Below, in pieces: positions 1-10,898 of a DNA stretch of 64,000 nucleotides. How positions within the stretch are numbered: position 1 is the stretch's first letter; every line of letters begins with the position of its first letter. The notes below the pieces were generated by a model, which saw only the letters and a program-made list of their open reading frames with translations, made no database searches and was not told where the DNA came from. The stretch lies in NCBI GenBank assembly GCA_963790305.1, contig CAWBOC010000010.1, forward strand, positions 96,001 through 160,000. The letters are read 5' to 3'. A program made the position numbers and the translations under genes. The DNA is from an uncultured Gemmatimonadaceae bacterium. Its GTDB lineage: Bacteria; Gemmatimonadota; Gemmatimonadetes; Gemmatimonadales; Gemmatimonadaceae.

Positions 1-1
1 T

Positions 2-2053
2 CGCGAAGCCTACGACGCGTCCGCGGACACGGTCCGCTTCCCGCGCAGCGTCACCGCCGGACATGGTGCGTGGGCTGCGTCCAAGCTCTACCTGGGGCCC
101 TACCAGTCACGCGATCGCGCAACCGTACGCTTCAACGTCGGTGAATACGACCCCATCCTCGGCCGCTCGTATTACGAGATCGCGATGGAGTCCCGTTCCC
201 AGCACAAGTCGCAGGCGTTCGGCCGGCTCCAGCGGCGCGGCACGCAGCTCGATTGGCTCATGCTCGAGAAGTCGAGCACGGCCACGACGGCGAACGGCGT
301 CGCCGAGGCCTCGCCCTTCGATGGGCTCGACACGACGTGGGCGCGTCTACGCCCTGCGACCGCGCGTGCATCTCGCGAGGCCGCCGCCGCGCTGGACTCG
401 TTGCCCGCGGCGACCGCGGCTGCTCGCGCGACGCTCGATTTTCGACGTCCCGCGGCCGTGGTCCCCGCGCTCGCGCGCGTGCACCGACTGCTCGTGCGCG
501 TCCGCGAGGCACGCGTGGGCGACCCTGACGTCGACGCCTCGGTACGATCAGGACTGGCGCGCGTGACGCGCGCTCTCATCGAAGCCACTGGTGTCGCGCT
601 CGAAGCGACCGCGGAGCGAGCATCGGTGGCGCGTGGAGACAGCGTGCGCGTCGACGTAACGCTGCATGCGCGTGGCAATGTCCCGGTCAGCGTTACCAGC
701 GTACGCGTCGATGGGCCCGACGTGAGCGCCGCGGCCGTGCTTCGTGACGCTCACCAGACGGTCGCACCCGACAGCTCGGCCACCTGGCGCGGAACGGTGC
801 GCGGGGTGCGCCTGACGCAGCCATGGTGGCTCGCTCATGGCCGCCGCGGCGACCTGTTCGATGTGCCCCGAACCGAAGTCGCTCACCCCGAAAGCGAGCG
901 TCCAACCGCCGCGGTGGCGCGTGTCACGTTGGCCGTCGACGGCACGACGATCGAAGCGAGTGCGCCGGTGGTCCACCGCCGCGCTGATCCGGTTCGTGGC
1001 GACGTGCAGCGTCCGCTCGCGGTTGTTCCACCCGTCTCGGTCACGCTCGAGCGAGCGGTCGAGTTCGCGCGTGCCGGCGTGCCCCTCGAGCGCGTGGAGC
1101 GGGTGGAGCTGCGCTCAGCGCTGACCACGCCCACGGATGTCACGGTGACGCTCACGGTGCCAGGGGGCCTGACGAGCGATGGGGCGAAGCGGGTGACCCT
1201 CCCCGCCGGCGGAATACAAGCGGTGGAGCTGACCGTGCGAGGCACACCGCGCGCCACACGAGGTGAGATGACCGCCGTCGCCGAAGCACGCGGAGAGCGA
1301 TTCCGCGACGGATTCACCGAGATCGAATACGATCACATCACGCCGCAGCGGATGTTTCGGGAAGCGACGGTCGATCTGCAGGGTGTCGACGTGGCGCTGG
1401 CCTCGCGTCTGCGCGTTGCCTACATCCCCGGCGCCGGCGACAACGTCGCGCCGATGCTGCGCCAGCTCGGTGTGTCACTCACGGTGATAGAGCCGACCGC
1501 CGTTGGAACAACGGATTTTTCTCCGTATGCGACCGTCGTCGTGGGAACACGAGCCCACGAGTCGCACGCCGAGCTCATTCAGCATAACGGGCGACTGCTC
1601 GACTACGCGAGACGCGGTGGGACGCTGGTCGTGCAGTATGGGCAGTACGAGATGATGCAGCCCGGTATCATGCCGTACCCCATCACCATCAGCCGTCCGC
1701 ACACACGCGTTACCGTCGAGGAAGCGCCGGTGACCATCCTCGATCCCGAGCATCGCGCGCTCCGCACCCCGAATCGCATTGGCCCGCGCGATTTCGAGGG
1801 GTGGGTGCAGGAGCGCGCGCTCTACATGCCATCACAGTTCGACAGCGCCTACACGGCGCCACTCGCCATGAGTGATCCCGGCGAGCCGCCCTCGCGCGGG
1901 GCGCTGCTCGTCACGCCGTACGGTCGCGGACTCTACGTCTACACGACGATGGCATTCTTCCGGCAGCTGCCGGCGGGAGTTCCCGGGGCGGCCCGGCTCT
2001 TCATGAACCTTCTCAGCGCGAGAGCAGCTGAGCAGGCGCGCGTCATCCCATGA
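2..2053 (+). CDS. PIG-L/LmbE-family deacetylase with C-terminal Ig-like (NEW3) and glutaminase-like domains; 5' end outside window
   Basis: Frame is open from base 2. The motif GEYDPILGRSYYEIAMESRSQHKSQAFG and the C-terminal FFRQLPAGVPGAARLFMNLL are typical of long LmbE-like proteins. Confidence 0.8.
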   Translation, partial: REAYDASADTVRFPRSVTAGHGAWAASKLYLGPYQSRDRATVRFNVGEYDPILGRSYYEIAMESRSQHKSQAFGRLQRRGTQLDWLMLEKSSTATTANGVAEASPFDGLDTTWARLRPATARASREAAAALDSLPAATAAARATLDFRRPAAVVPALARVHRLLVRVREARVGDPDVDASVRSGLARVTRALIEATGVALEATAERASVARGDSVRVDVTLHARGNVPVSVTSVRVDGPDVSAAAVLRDAHQTVAPDSSATWRGTVRGVRLTQPWWLAHGRRGDLFDVPRTEVAHPESERPTAAVARVTLAVDGTTIEASAPVVHRRADPVRGDVQRPLAVVPPVSVTLERAVEFARAGVPLERVERVELRSALTTPTDVTVTLTVPGGLTSDGAKRVTLPAGGIQAVELTVRGTPRATRGEMTAVAEARGERFRDGFTEIEYDHITPQRMFREATVDLQGVDVALASRLRVAYIPGAGDNVAPMLRQLGVSLTVIEPTAVGTTDFSPYATVVVGTRAHESHAELIQHNGRLLDYARRGGTLVVQYGQYEMMQPGIMPYPITISRPHTRVTVEEAPVTILDPEHRALRTPNRIGPRDFEGWVQERALYMPSQFDSAYTAPLAMSDPGEPPSRGALLVTPYGRGLYVYTTMAFFRQLPAGVPGAARLFMNLLSARAAEQARVIP

Positions 2054-3078
2054 GGCGCGCGTGGCTGCTCGGCGCCGCGCTCATCGGGGCGTGCGGCGGT
2101 GACTCGGGGAAGACCGTCCTGACCGTCTATTCTCCCCATGGCAAGGACCTGCTCCAGCACTACGAGCAGGCATTCGAGCGGACCGACTCCACGGTGGATG
2201 TGCAGTGGGTCGACATGGGATCGCAGGAAGTGCTCGACCGCTTGCGCGCCGAAGCGGCGAATCCGCAGGCGGATCTCTGGTTCGGAGCGCCAGCGGAGAT
2301 CTTCGAGCGCGCAGCGAAGGAAGGGCTGCTCCAACCCTATCGCCCGACGTGGGTCAGCGCCGTGCCTGACGACGCACGCGATCCAGGGGACCTTTGGTAC
2401 GGAACGTATCTGACGCCGGAGGTGATCGGATACAACTCGGAGGCCGTGACCGACGCCGAGGCGCCGAAGGATTGGGACGATGTGCTGGATCCCAAGTGGC
2501 GTGACAAGATCATCATTCGCGATCCGATCGCATCGGGGACGATGCGCGCGATCTTCGGGGCGATCATCGCGCGCGAGGCCGCGCGCACGGGGTCGACCCG
2601 GGCGGGCTACGACTGGCTTCTGCGGTTGGACGCGAACACCAAGGAGTACACGCTCAATCCGACCATCCTCTACCAGAAGCTCGGCCGCCAGGAAGGCGTG
2701 GTCACGCTGTACAACATGCCCGACATGGCGACGTTGCAGCAGCGAACGAAGATTCCTGTGAAGTGGGTCGTTCCGGCGAGCGGTACGCCGGTGCTGGTCG
2801 AGGGAATCGCGGTCGTGAAGGGTGCCAAGCAGCCGGAAGTCGCGAAGCGTTTCTATGAGTTCGTGACAACCGCGGAGGCGCTGCGCCGCGCGGCGAATGA
2901 CTTCCTTCGCATTCCCGCCCGCACCGATCTCCCCGCCGATTCGCTGCCTGGGTGGATTCGAGACGCCAAGCGCACGATGAAGACGATGCCGGTCGACCGT
3001 CAGCTGCTCGCCGACTCGCTGGACGTCTGGATGCGCTACTGGGACGCCAACATCCGGAATCGCGGCAAGCGCTCGTGA
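2050..3078 (+). CDS. ABC transporter substrate-binding lipoprotein (Fe3+/thiamine AfuA-like)
   Basis: Lipobox IGAC, LTVYS and EAANPQADLWFG motifs; ATGA overlap with the upstream gene. Confidence 0.85.
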   Translation: MRRAWLLGAALIGACGGDSGKTVLTVYSPHGKDLLQHYEQAFERTDSTVDVQWVDMGSQEVLDRLRAEAANPQADLWFGAPAEIFERAAKEGLLQPYRPTWVSAVPDDARDPGDLWYGTYLTPEVIGYNSEAVTDAEAPKDWDDVLDPKWRDKIIIRDPIASGTMRAIFGAIIAREAARTGSTRAGYDWLLRLDANTKEYTLNPTILYQKLGRQEGVVTLYNMPDMATLQQRTKIPVKWVVPASGTPVLVEGIAVVKGAKQPEVAKRFYEFVTTAEALRRAANDFLRIPARTDLPADSLPGWIRDAKRTMKTMPVDRQLLADSLDVWMRYWDANIRNRGKRS

Positions 3079-4139
3079 CCGCCGCGACGTTGTCGCTGGT
3101 GGGAGTGACGCGCCGGTTCGGCGCACTCACCGCTGGCGGCACCCCCGCGGTCGACAAGCTCACACTCGACGTCCAGCAGGGCGAGCTCCTCGCTCTGGTC
3201 GGTGCGTCGGGCTCCGGCAAGACGACAACGCTTCGCATCATTGCCGGCCACGAAGCGCCTGACGAGGGGCGCGTGCTGCTCGAGGGCCGCGACATCACGG
3301 CGCTCCCTCCTCGGCGCCGCGGCTTCGGGATGGTGTTTCAGCACTACGCGCTCTTTCCACACATGACGGTGGGCGAGAACGTGGCCTTCGGCCTCGAGGC
3401 GCGAGGCATTCCGAAGGCCGAGCGTCGGGAGCGCGCGGCGCAGTCCTTGGCCAATGTCGGCCTCGGGAACGCGGGTCCACGACAGGTGCAATCGCTCTCG
3501 GGCGGCGAGCAGCAGCGTGTCGCACTCGCGCGCGCGCTGATCATCGAGCCCAGAGTGCTGCTGCTCGATGAGCCATTGTCGAACCTCGATCCGACGCTGC
3601 GGCGCACGACGCGCGACGAGCTGCGTGCCATGCTCCACCGGCTCGGCGTCACCGCGGTGTTCGTCACGCACGATCAGGAGGACGCCTTCGCCGTCGCCGA
3701 TCGCGTGGCACTTCTCGAGCGTGGGCGGCTCCTTCAGGTGGGCCGCCCGGAGGAGCTCTACGATCGGCCGGCCACGCGATCGGTGGCCGAGTTCATCGGG
3801 CGGGCGACGCTCGTCCCCGCGCGCATGAACGGTGATCGCGCCGTGGTGACGATTGGTGGGATCGCGCGCGAGGTGCGGGCGGCGCTACCGAATGGCCAGC
3901 CGGCTGAGGGGACTACCTTCGCGGTGTTGCGACCCGATGCCCTGGAAATAGTCACGTCACCCGCGCGAGATGACTGGCGCGGCACCATCGTCGAACGCCG
4001 CTTCGCGGGCGCTCTGCTCGCCTATCGGGTGAAGTTGGCCGAGGACGTCGAGGTGGAGGTGCACACGACGGAGCGCGGCCGCGAGATCGGGGAATCGGTC
4101 GCGGTGCGCGTGTCGCGAGAACCGGTGGCGGTCGTATGA
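3075..4139 (+). CDS. ABC transporter ATP-binding protein (PotA/FbpC-like, TOBE C-terminus)
   Basis: Walker A GASGSGKT, LSGGEQQR, LLLDEP; GTG start in a GTGA overlap at 3075-3078. Confidence 0.9.
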   Translation: MTAATLSLVGVTRRFGALTAGGTPAVDKLTLDVQQGELLALVGASGSGKTTTLRIIAGHEAPDEGRVLLEGRDITALPPRRRGFGMVFQHYALFPHMTVGENVAFGLEARGIPKAERRERAAQSLANVGLGNAGPRQVQSLSGGEQQRVALARALIIEPRVLLLDEPLSNLDPTLRRTTRDELRAMLHRLGVTAVFVTHDQEDAFAVADRVALLERGRLLQVGRPEELYDRPATRSVAEFIGRATLVPARMNGDRAVVTIGGIAREVRAALPNGQPAEGTTFAVLRPDALEIVTSPARDDWRGTIVERRFAGALLAYRVKLAEDVEVEVHTTERGREIGESVAVRVSREPVAVV

Positions 4140-5926
4140 CCGAAGGCGCGGGCGCCCCGCGGGCAGGGCGGAATTCGGATCAACGGCGGAAGACGCTTCG
4201 CTTTCCCGTACCCGTCATTGACCCGATTGCCGGAACACGGGGTCCATCCGCTTTCCGCGGTCCGCATTCGGCCACTTGGCTCCTTGCCGCCCCCGTCATC
4301 GCGATTCTCCTCTGGGCTGTTGTCTATCCCAACGTGTCCGTCATCGCCGGATCGCTGGCGGATGGCGCGCGCGCCTGGAAGGAGTTCTTCGCCAGCCCGG
4401 CCGATCGCGAGGCGGTCGTCTCGACGCTCATTGTCTCCGTCGGATCGGTCATCGCCGCCACGCTCATCGGGCTTCCGCTCGCGTTCCTGCTCGCGCGCTT
4501 CGAGTTTCGTGGCCGTCGCACGCTGAGCGCGATCGCGACCCTTCCTGCCGCACTCCCGCCACTCGTTGGCGTGGTGGCGTTCATGTTCCTCTATGGGGAA
4601 AGCGGCGTCGTCACGCGCGTGGTGCAGCACGCACTCGGCCTCGAGCGCGCACCCTGGTCGCTCACGGGCCTCTGGGCCATCGTGTTCGTGCACGCGTACA
4701 CGATGTACGTCTATGTCTTTCTGTTCGTGTCCGCGGGGCTCGAGCGCATCGACACGACCCTCGACGAAGCCGCCGAAGGCCTCGGAGCCTCGCGCGGCTT
4801 CCGGTTACGGCGCGTCACGCTTCCGCTCCTCACGCCGTCGATCGCCGGCGCGATGCTCCTCGTCTTCATGAGCGCCCTCGGCTCCTTCTCCGCGCCGTAC
4901 GTGTTCGGGGGTGGTATCCGCGTCCTCTCGACGCAGATCGTGGCGTCGAAGCTCAACGGGAACCTTGGCCTCGCCTACGCGGAGACGACCGTGCTCGCCC
5001 TTGCCGCGGTCGCCGGTCTGATCATCCTCCGTCGCTTCGAGCGACGACGCAGCTACGCCATGTCCGGCAAGGGCCGTCAGACGCGCGTCGTCGTGACCGC
5101 ACCGCTCGCGCGTGCGCTGCTGCCAGCGCTCGCGTTCGCGACCGTGGCGGTCCTGCTTCTGCCACACGCGATGGTGATTCTCGTGTCGTTCGCGCGCGAT
5201 GGAGCGTGGACGACGCAGGTTCTGCCGCCCGAGTATACGCTCGACAACTTCCGTCGAATGGCGACGGACCCCGCGCTCTGGGTCCCCATTCGCAACAGCG
5301 TATCGATGGCGTTGATCGCGACGGCGGCGAATGTCGTCATCTGCTTCGTCGCCGCGTACCTGATCGTGCTGCGAAGGTTCCCCGGACGTCGATTGCTCGA
5401 GCTCCTCGTCGCATTACCGTGGGCAATTCCCGCCACTGCCATCGCGATCGGGCTTGCCTCGACCTTCAATCGCGACGATCCGCTCACCCTGCGTGTGCTT
5501 CTGGTCGGCACGTTCTGGATTCTTCCGCTCGCGTACTTCATTCGCGGAATTCCTCTGGTGGCGACGGCCGTGGAAGGATCGCTCAAGCAGATGGATCCAT
5601 CCCTCGAGGACGCCGCGCATGGCCTTGGGGCCTCCTGGTGGATGGCGGTGCGCCGCGTGATCCTTCCCGCGGCGCGCCCGGGTCTGATCGCCGGCGCGCT
5701 ACTCGCCGCGGTGACCGCCGTCGGCGAATTCGTCGCGAGCGTCGTGCTCTACACGCACGCGAACCGCCCGATCGCGGTCGAGATTCTGGCGCAGCTGCGC
5801 AACCTCGCCTTCGGCACCGCGGCGGCGTACAGCGTTCTGCTGATCGGGCTCGTGCTCACCATTACGCTTCTCGCAAGGTGGACGGAGGGGAGAATGGGTC
5901 GGAGCAATGCCCCCGTGAACGTGTGA
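4136..5926 (+). CDS. ABC transporter permease (FbpB/ThiP-like, two permease repeats)
   Basis: Hydrophobic protein with two EAA loops (LDEAAEGLGAS, LEDAAHGLGAS). Confidence 0.9.
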   Translation: MTEGAGAPRAGRNSDQRRKTLRFPVPVIDPIAGTRGPSAFRGPHSATWLLAAPVIAILLWAVVYPNVSVIAGSLADGARAWKEFFASPADREAVVSTLIVSVGSVIAATLIGLPLAFLLARFEFRGRRTLSAIATLPAALPPLVGVVAFMFLYGESGVVTRVVQHALGLERAPWSLTGLWAIVFVHAYTMYVYVFLFVSAGLERIDTTLDEAAEGLGASRGFRLRRVTLPLLTPSIAGAMLLVFMSALGSFSAPYVFGGGIRVLSTQIVASKLNGNLGLAYAETTVLALAAVAGLIILRRFERRRSYAMSGKGRQTRVVVTAPLARALLPALAFATVAVLLLPHAMVILVSFARDGAWTTQVLPPEYTLDNFRRMATDPALWVPIRNSVSMALIATAANVVICFVAAYLIVLRRFPGRRLLELLVALPWAIPATAIAIGLASTFNRDDPLTLRVLLVGTFWILPLAYFIRGIPLVATAVEGSLKQMDPSLEDAAHGLGASWWMAVRRVILPAARPGLIAGALLAAVTAVGEFVASVVLYTHANRPIAVEILAQLRNLAFGTAAAYSVLLIGLVLTITLLARWTEGRMGRSNAPVNV

Positions 5927-5934
5927 GGGCTGAA

Positions 5935-6057
5935 AGGGGCAACTTCTGCAGACGTCAGGAATCAGAGGTCAGGTCTCAGCGGGCAGACACGGCGTTTGCC
6001 GCTATCTGACCACTGACACCTGACGTCTGATTCCTGACGTCTGCAGAAGTTGCCCCT
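5935..6057. repeat. Long palindromic element (family C) between convergent genes
   Basis: 32-bp perfect inverted repeat AGGGGCAACTTCTGCAGACGTCAGGAATCAGA (5935-5966 vs 6026-6057), extendable inward past one mismatch. Confidence 0.9.
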
Positions 6058-8095
6058 GACCGCTCTTCCGTGCCGCCGCGATGACCGAATCCCGATCTAT
6101 CCTCTCAAAACGCGGGACCGCCCCCGTGCTCGAATCCGCCGGCCTGAGCAGCCATACCTCTCGCTCCGGATGCTCGGCGAGCAGGAGCGTGTCCCGCTCA
6201 TGAAGATCCCGCGCGTACAGTGTCCCGTCCGAGCCCGCGAGGAACAACGGCGTCAGCAGCGTGAAGCCCCGGCGGTCGTCAGCGATCCGCTGCAGGCAGC
6301 GCGGGACGTACCGCGCGCCGGGAAGCACGCGCTCGCTGGCGTCGGGCGAGAGCGTCGATGGGACGACGCGCATGGAGTCGCGCATCAGCGGCGCGAATGC
6401 GTCGGCGGCGGCCTGACCGCGAACCCCTTGCTGTTCCAGCCGGGCCGCGCCCTGCTCGAGGAGGCAGGCATCGACGCGCGCATAGAGCCGCTCGGTCTGC
6501 GCTCGCGTTAGGCCGAGCGCCCAAAGTCGAGCAACGAGCTGGGAGCCCCAGCTCTCGCGAACGAATACCAGCCCCTGACGGACGCCCGCATCACGCGCGG
6601 CGGCGTCGGCGTCCCAGCGCATCGTCGTGAGCCCCGCCGCGTACTGGCGCGCGCGCTGCGGCACCAGCGACAGCGTCGCGATGGCCGCTGCCGCGGCGAG
6701 CGAATACACGGTCGTTCGCAGCGGGAGTCCATCCCCCAGCCGTTCGTGAATGAACGCGGGGAACCGCGCCGTCCACAGCGACAGGACCGGGGCCAACGGA
6801 TACAGGTACCGAGGGCCGAGGTAGAACCCGTCGTGCCAGAACGCGAAATAGATCGTGACGAGCAGAGCGCCGCTGCCTAACAGATAGCGGTCGAAGCGGT
6901 CGAGGCGTGGAGCGAGCGCGAGGGCGGCGACGGCCGGCAGCAGCGACGGAATCGGCCACTCGAAGAGGTATGTCTGAAGGCGGAGAAAATAGAGATTGAT
7001 GAGCTCGATCCCGCGAGCCGGTGAGTGGGAAGCACCCCACGGCGATGATCGAAACCCGAGCCCGTGCTCCCTCCCCCACAACATCTCGTAGCCGAGCAAC
7101 AACGGATCGCCTGTCGTGCGCGAATTGAACCACGCGAGCGCGAGGAGCGGGAGTGCGACTCCGACCCCTGCCACGCTCGCCTCGAGCCATCGCGCGCGCT
7201 TCCTGATCGCGCGCACGAGAAGCCATGCTCCCGCCGGCAGCGCGAACGCGACCGCATCGATCGGCCGTATCGTCGCGGTGAGGCCGAGGGCCAAGCCACA
7301 CACGAGTGCGGCGACCGGGTGTTGAGCGTCATCCTTCACTGCGTGCGCCAGCGCCGCGATCGCGATCATCAGGCACATCAGGGCAGTCGCGTGATTCATG
7401 TACGTCGCCGACATGAAGGCGACCAGCGGCGCCAGCGCGAAGAGCACCAGCGCGCCGACGCGTACCGTCACGTGTGACTCGGCCACGCGCAGGTAGATCC
7501 CGAACGCGGCGACGGCGACGCCACCGGCGATCGGCACGACGATCCACGGCGCGCCAACGAGCTCGCCCAGCATGAGCAGTGCGGAGTGGCCGGGCGGGAA
7601 GTGCGCGAAGGCGCGCCCCTCCGCCTCGACGCGGTGTATGCCGCTGAAGAATTCCGGGTGCGAGCCCACCGCCGTCGTCAGACGGCCCTCACCGAAGATC
7701 CGCGCTTGCCACACCTGGAAGATCTCATCCACGAGCAGCGGCCTGGCGTCGAACACCAGATGCGCGATGAGCGCGTACACGACGACGCTCACGATCGCCA
7801 AGCCGGCGAGCATCACCGCCGGCGAGCGATCGAGCGTGACCGCGAAGCGCGCACCCAGGCCGTCGTGCCACAGGGCGGGGATTCTCCGCGAGGCGATCGC
7901 GAGCACGAGACCGATGCCGATCGCCAATGCGCTGCCCGTGACCCATGTGGACGCGACGGGGGCGTACCACGGAGCGTGATGTCCCCCCGCCAGCCAGTTC
8001 GCGACTGGAAGAAAGCCGAGCACCGCGATCGCCACAGCAATGGCGAGCGCGAGCGGATCGAACGAGCGAGTATGTGGATGCGGAGGTCCCTGCAT
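6002..8095 (-). CDS. GT-C fold (ArnT/PMT-like) integral membrane glycosyltransferase
   Basis: Many TM segments, first-loop acidic motif LLVDE, GPRYLY motif. Start is uncertain (8095 vs 8203). Confidence 0.65.
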   Translation of the reverse strand: MQGPPHPHTRSFDPLALAIAVAIAVLGFLPVANWLAGGHHAPWYAPVASTWVTGSALAIGIGLVLAIASRRIPALWHDGLGARFAVTLDRSPAVMLAGLAIVSVVVYALIAHLVFDARPLLVDEIFQVWQARIFGEGRLTTAVGSHPEFFSGIHRVEAEGRAFAHFPPGHSALLMLGELVGAPWIVVPIAGGVAVAAFGIYLRVAESHVTVRVGALVLFALAPLVAFMSATYMNHATALMCLMIAIAALAHAVKDDAQHPVAALVCGLALGLTATIRPIDAVAFALPAGAWLLVRAIRKRARWLEASVAGVGVALPLLALAWFNSRTTGDPLLLGYEMLWGREHGLGFRSSPWGASHSPARGIELINLYFLRLQTYLFEWPIPSLLPAVAALALAPRLDRFDRYLLGSGALLVTIYFAFWHDGFYLGPRYLYPLAPVLSLWTARFPAFIHERLGDGLPLRTTVYSLAAAAAIATLSLVPQRARQYAAGLTTMRWDADAAARDAGVRQGLVFVRESWGSQLVARLWALGLTRAQTERLYARVDACLLEQGAARLEQQGVRGQAAADAFAPLMRDSMRVVPSTLSPDASERVLPGARYVPRCLQRIADDRRGFTLLTPLFLAGSDGTLYARDLHERDTLLLAEHPEREVWLLRPADSSTGAVPRFERIDRDSVIAAARKSGQGQLLQTSGIRRQVSVVR

Positions 8096-8218
8096 GCGCG
8101 AGGTGGACGAGCCACACGCTCCGTCTGCAACCGGGGGTTGCTTGCCTCGCCCCCGGGACTGCTTCCTCGTAGATTGGGGAGCAGGAAATCCGCGCGATTC
8201 CACAGCTGAGCCACCGAC

Positions 8219-10216
8219 ATGGCCCCCGAGCTCTCGCTAGGCACGGGCGACGACTTTTCCGCGCGTCTAGGGCGTCTCGAGGCCCTTCTCGATGCGATCC
8301 CGGCACCGTTGGCGGTGCTGGATGTACCATCATCGCGCCTGGTGTTCACGAACCGTCGGTTCGTCGAGCTCACCGGTGTCGACGCGTCGGTCTCGAAGGC
8401 CCGCACCTTCCGTCAGGCATTTCCCTCGATGGAAATCGACCTGCGCGAAGCCGTCGCCGAAGCGAGCCAGGGGCAGATTCAGCGTGCGCTGCGCATGACG
8501 GTCCGTAATGGACCGCGCATGCGCGTGCTCGAAGCCGTCTTCCGCGCCCTGGGCGACGAGCGACCGGCCCACGAGGTCGTGTTCGCCGGCGTCGATGTCA
8601 CGGAGCGCGAGCAGCTACGCGAAGACCTGGCGCACCTGGTCGGGCAGCTGACGTCCATTTTCGGCGTGATTCCCAATGCCGTGCGAGTCTTCGACGTCCA
8701 TGGCAACGTCGTTCGCGCCAACGCCCAGGCCATGCGGGACTGTGAGCTGGGCGCTTCCTCGACGCTCCTCGATCAGATCGAGTGCGAGGAACCATACACC
8801 CTGGACGACGTGCCGGTCGATCTCGAGCGCCACCCGACATCTCGCGCGCTTCGTGGAGAGCGCGTTCGCTCCGAGATGCTGCGGGTTGCGCGGGGATCCT
8901 CCACATCGCGTGTGATCGAGGTGAGCGCGAATCCGCTGCATGATGATCTTGGCGAAGTGCGCGGCGCCGTCACTGTCGAGCGGGACGTCACCGACCGCCT
9001 CGCGCTGCTCCGCGAGCTCGAGGAGAAAGCGAAGCAGATCGACCAGCTGTATGCGCGTGCCTCGACCGAGACGGAGCGGCTCGAGCGCATGGTCGGTGAG
9101 CGCACCGCCGAGCTGCTCGCGATTCAGGAGCGTCATGCGCGAGAGCGCCGCCTCGCCGCCATCGGCCAGCTCGCCGCCGGCGTCATGCACGATGTGAACA
9201 ATGCGCTCAACCCGATCATGGCGGCGGCGTACCTGCTCGACCGGCATGCCGATGACCCGAACGCCGTCCGTGAATACGCCGCGCGCATCGCGAAGGCGGC
9301 CGAGACCGGAGCCGCGACGTCGGCGCGCGTGGGCCGGTTCATTCGACAGGATCCGCTCGACGAAGGGAGCGAATCGGAGCTCGACCTCGGCACGCTGGCC
9401 GGGGAGGTCGTGGCGATGATGCGGTCGCTGTGGGCCGAGCGCCAAACGGGCGGTCCGATCCAGCTCGAATTGCGGCTCGCGTCGGCGCCAGCGGTCGGTG
9501 TGGCCGGCGAAGTGCGCGCGGCGATCATGAACCTCATCCACAACGCGCTCGATGCAACCGTCGATGGAGGCACCATCACCATCGAGACGCGCACCGACGG
9601 CGTCGAATCCATCGTCGAGGTCGGCGACACGGGAGTCGGCATGACCGAGCACGTGCGTGAGCATGCATTCGAGCCGTTCTTCAGCACCAAGGAGGCGACA
9701 GGGAGCGGACTCGGCCTCGCCGAGGTGTACGGGATCATGAAGCGCCATCGTGGATCCGCCGAGATCGTGAGTCACCCCAATGCGGGCGCCACGGTGCGGC
9801 TTCGCTTTCGCGCGCACGCGACCCCGACGCGGGAATCCACGCTGGCGGTGGCTTCTCCAGCGTCCAAACGTCGCATCCTTCTGGTCGAGGACAATGACGA
9901 CGGCCGCGAGTTCCTGAGGCTCATCCTGCAATCCCACGGGCATCACGTGGAATCCGTCGCGACGCTCGGCGAAGGCCTCTCGCTGCTCGAGGCATCCACG
10001 TCGTCCCCATTCGAGGTGCTCATCAGCGACATCGGGCTCCCCGACGGCAGTGGCTGGGACCTCGTGCGAAAGGCGAGGGCGCGCTGGCCTCACATGCGCA
10101 TCGGTGTCGTCACCGGCTGGGAAGGAAACCGGTCGACCACGACCGAGGCGGACTTCGTGCTGCGCAAGCCCATCCCGCCGGCTGAGCTCGTTGCGCTCGT
10201 TGCACCCACATCATGA
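8219..10216 (+). CDS. Cytoplasmic hybrid histidine kinase PAS-PAS-HisKA-HATPase-REC
   Basis: H-box HDVNNAL, N-box NLIHNALDA, DTGVGM, FEPFFSTK, GSGLGL; C-terminal REC (LLVEDN, SDIGLPDG, KP). Confidence 0.9.
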   Translation: MAPELSLGTGDDFSARLGRLEALLDAIPAPLAVLDVPSSRLVFTNRRFVELTGVDASVSKARTFRQAFPSMEIDLREAVAEASQGQIQRALRMTVRNGPRMRVLEAVFRALGDERPAHEVVFAGVDVTEREQLREDLAHLVGQLTSIFGVIPNAVRVFDVHGNVVRANAQAMRDCELGASSTLLDQIECEEPYTLDDVPVDLERHPTSRALRGERVRSEMLRVARGSSTSRVIEVSANPLHDDLGEVRGAVTVERDVTDRLALLRELEEKAKQIDQLYARASTETERLERMVGERTAELLAIQERHARERRLAAIGQLAAGVMHDVNNALNPIMAAAYLLDRHADDPNAVREYAARIAKAAETGAATSARVGRFIRQDPLDEGSESELDLGTLAGEVVAMMRSLWAERQTGGPIQLELRLASAPAVGVAGEVRAAIMNLIHNALDATVDGGTITIETRTDGVESIVEVGDTGVGMTEHVREHAFEPFFSTKEATGSGLGLAEVYGIMKRHRGSAEIVSHPNAGATVRLRFRAHATPTRESTLAVASPASKRRILLVEDNDDGREFLRLILQSHGHHVESVATLGEGLSLLEASTSSPFEVLISDIGLPDGSGWDLVRKARARWPHMRIGVVTGWEGNRSTTTEADFVLRKPIPPAELVALVAPTS

Positions 10217-10256
10217 CGACGTTCGATTCATGCCTACTCTTGCTTCCGACAGTCGC

Positions 10257-10871
10257 ATGACAGACGTGGCGCCCCTGATTCGCGTCCTCGTTGCCGAAGA
10301 TGATGAGAACGCGCGCGCGCTACTGGTGGAGTTGCTGCGCGAGCTTGGTCACGACGTCGTCGCCGAGGTGGGAACCGGCGAGCAGGCGATCGCCAGCGCC
10401 CGCGCCTCGCGTCCCGACGTCGTGCTCCTGGACGTTCACATGCCCGGCCAGTCGGGGATCCAGGCCGCCGAGGCCATCGCGAACGAAGTCGACGAGGCAG
10501 GCGTTGTATTGTTGACGGGCGACAGCTCCCTCTCGTTGAGCGACCGCGACGCGGTCGCGACGTCGGCCATCGCGTTCCTCGCCAAGCCGGCGTCTCCCCG
10601 CGTCATCGACTCGACGGTTCGACTTGCCGCGCGACGCGCTCGCGAGCTGGTGAAGGCGCGGCGGGATGTGATCGCCGCGCGCCGCGAGCTGGAGAATCGC
10701 AAGATCATCGAGCGCGCGAAGGGAATCCTGATGCGCCGCACCGGATCATCGGAGCAGGAGGCCTATCGTATTCTGCAGCGCACGAGCCAGGACCGCGGCG
10801 AGCCGATGGTCGACATTGCGCGCGCGGTCATCGACAGCGAGCCGAGCCCTTCGAATCCGGGACGAAAGTAA
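10257..10871 (+). CDS. REC-ANTAR response regulator (NasT/PdtaR-like)
   Basis: REC (VAEDD, LLDVHMP, KP) followed by the ANTAR signature LENRKIIERAKGILM...SEQEAYRILQRTS. Alternative start at 10230. Confidence 0.9.
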   Translation: MTDVAPLIRVLVAEDDENARALLVELLRELGHDVVAEVGTGEQAIASARASRPDVVLLDVHMPGQSGIQAAEAIANEVDEAGVVLLTGDSSLSLSDRDAVATSAIAFLAKPASPRVIDSTVRLAARRARELVKARRDVIAARRELENRKIIERAKGILMRRTGSSEQEAYRILQRTSQDRGEPMVDIARAVIDSEPSPSNPGRK

Positions 10872-10898
10872 TCGGGGCCTAACCGACTTTTCGAACGT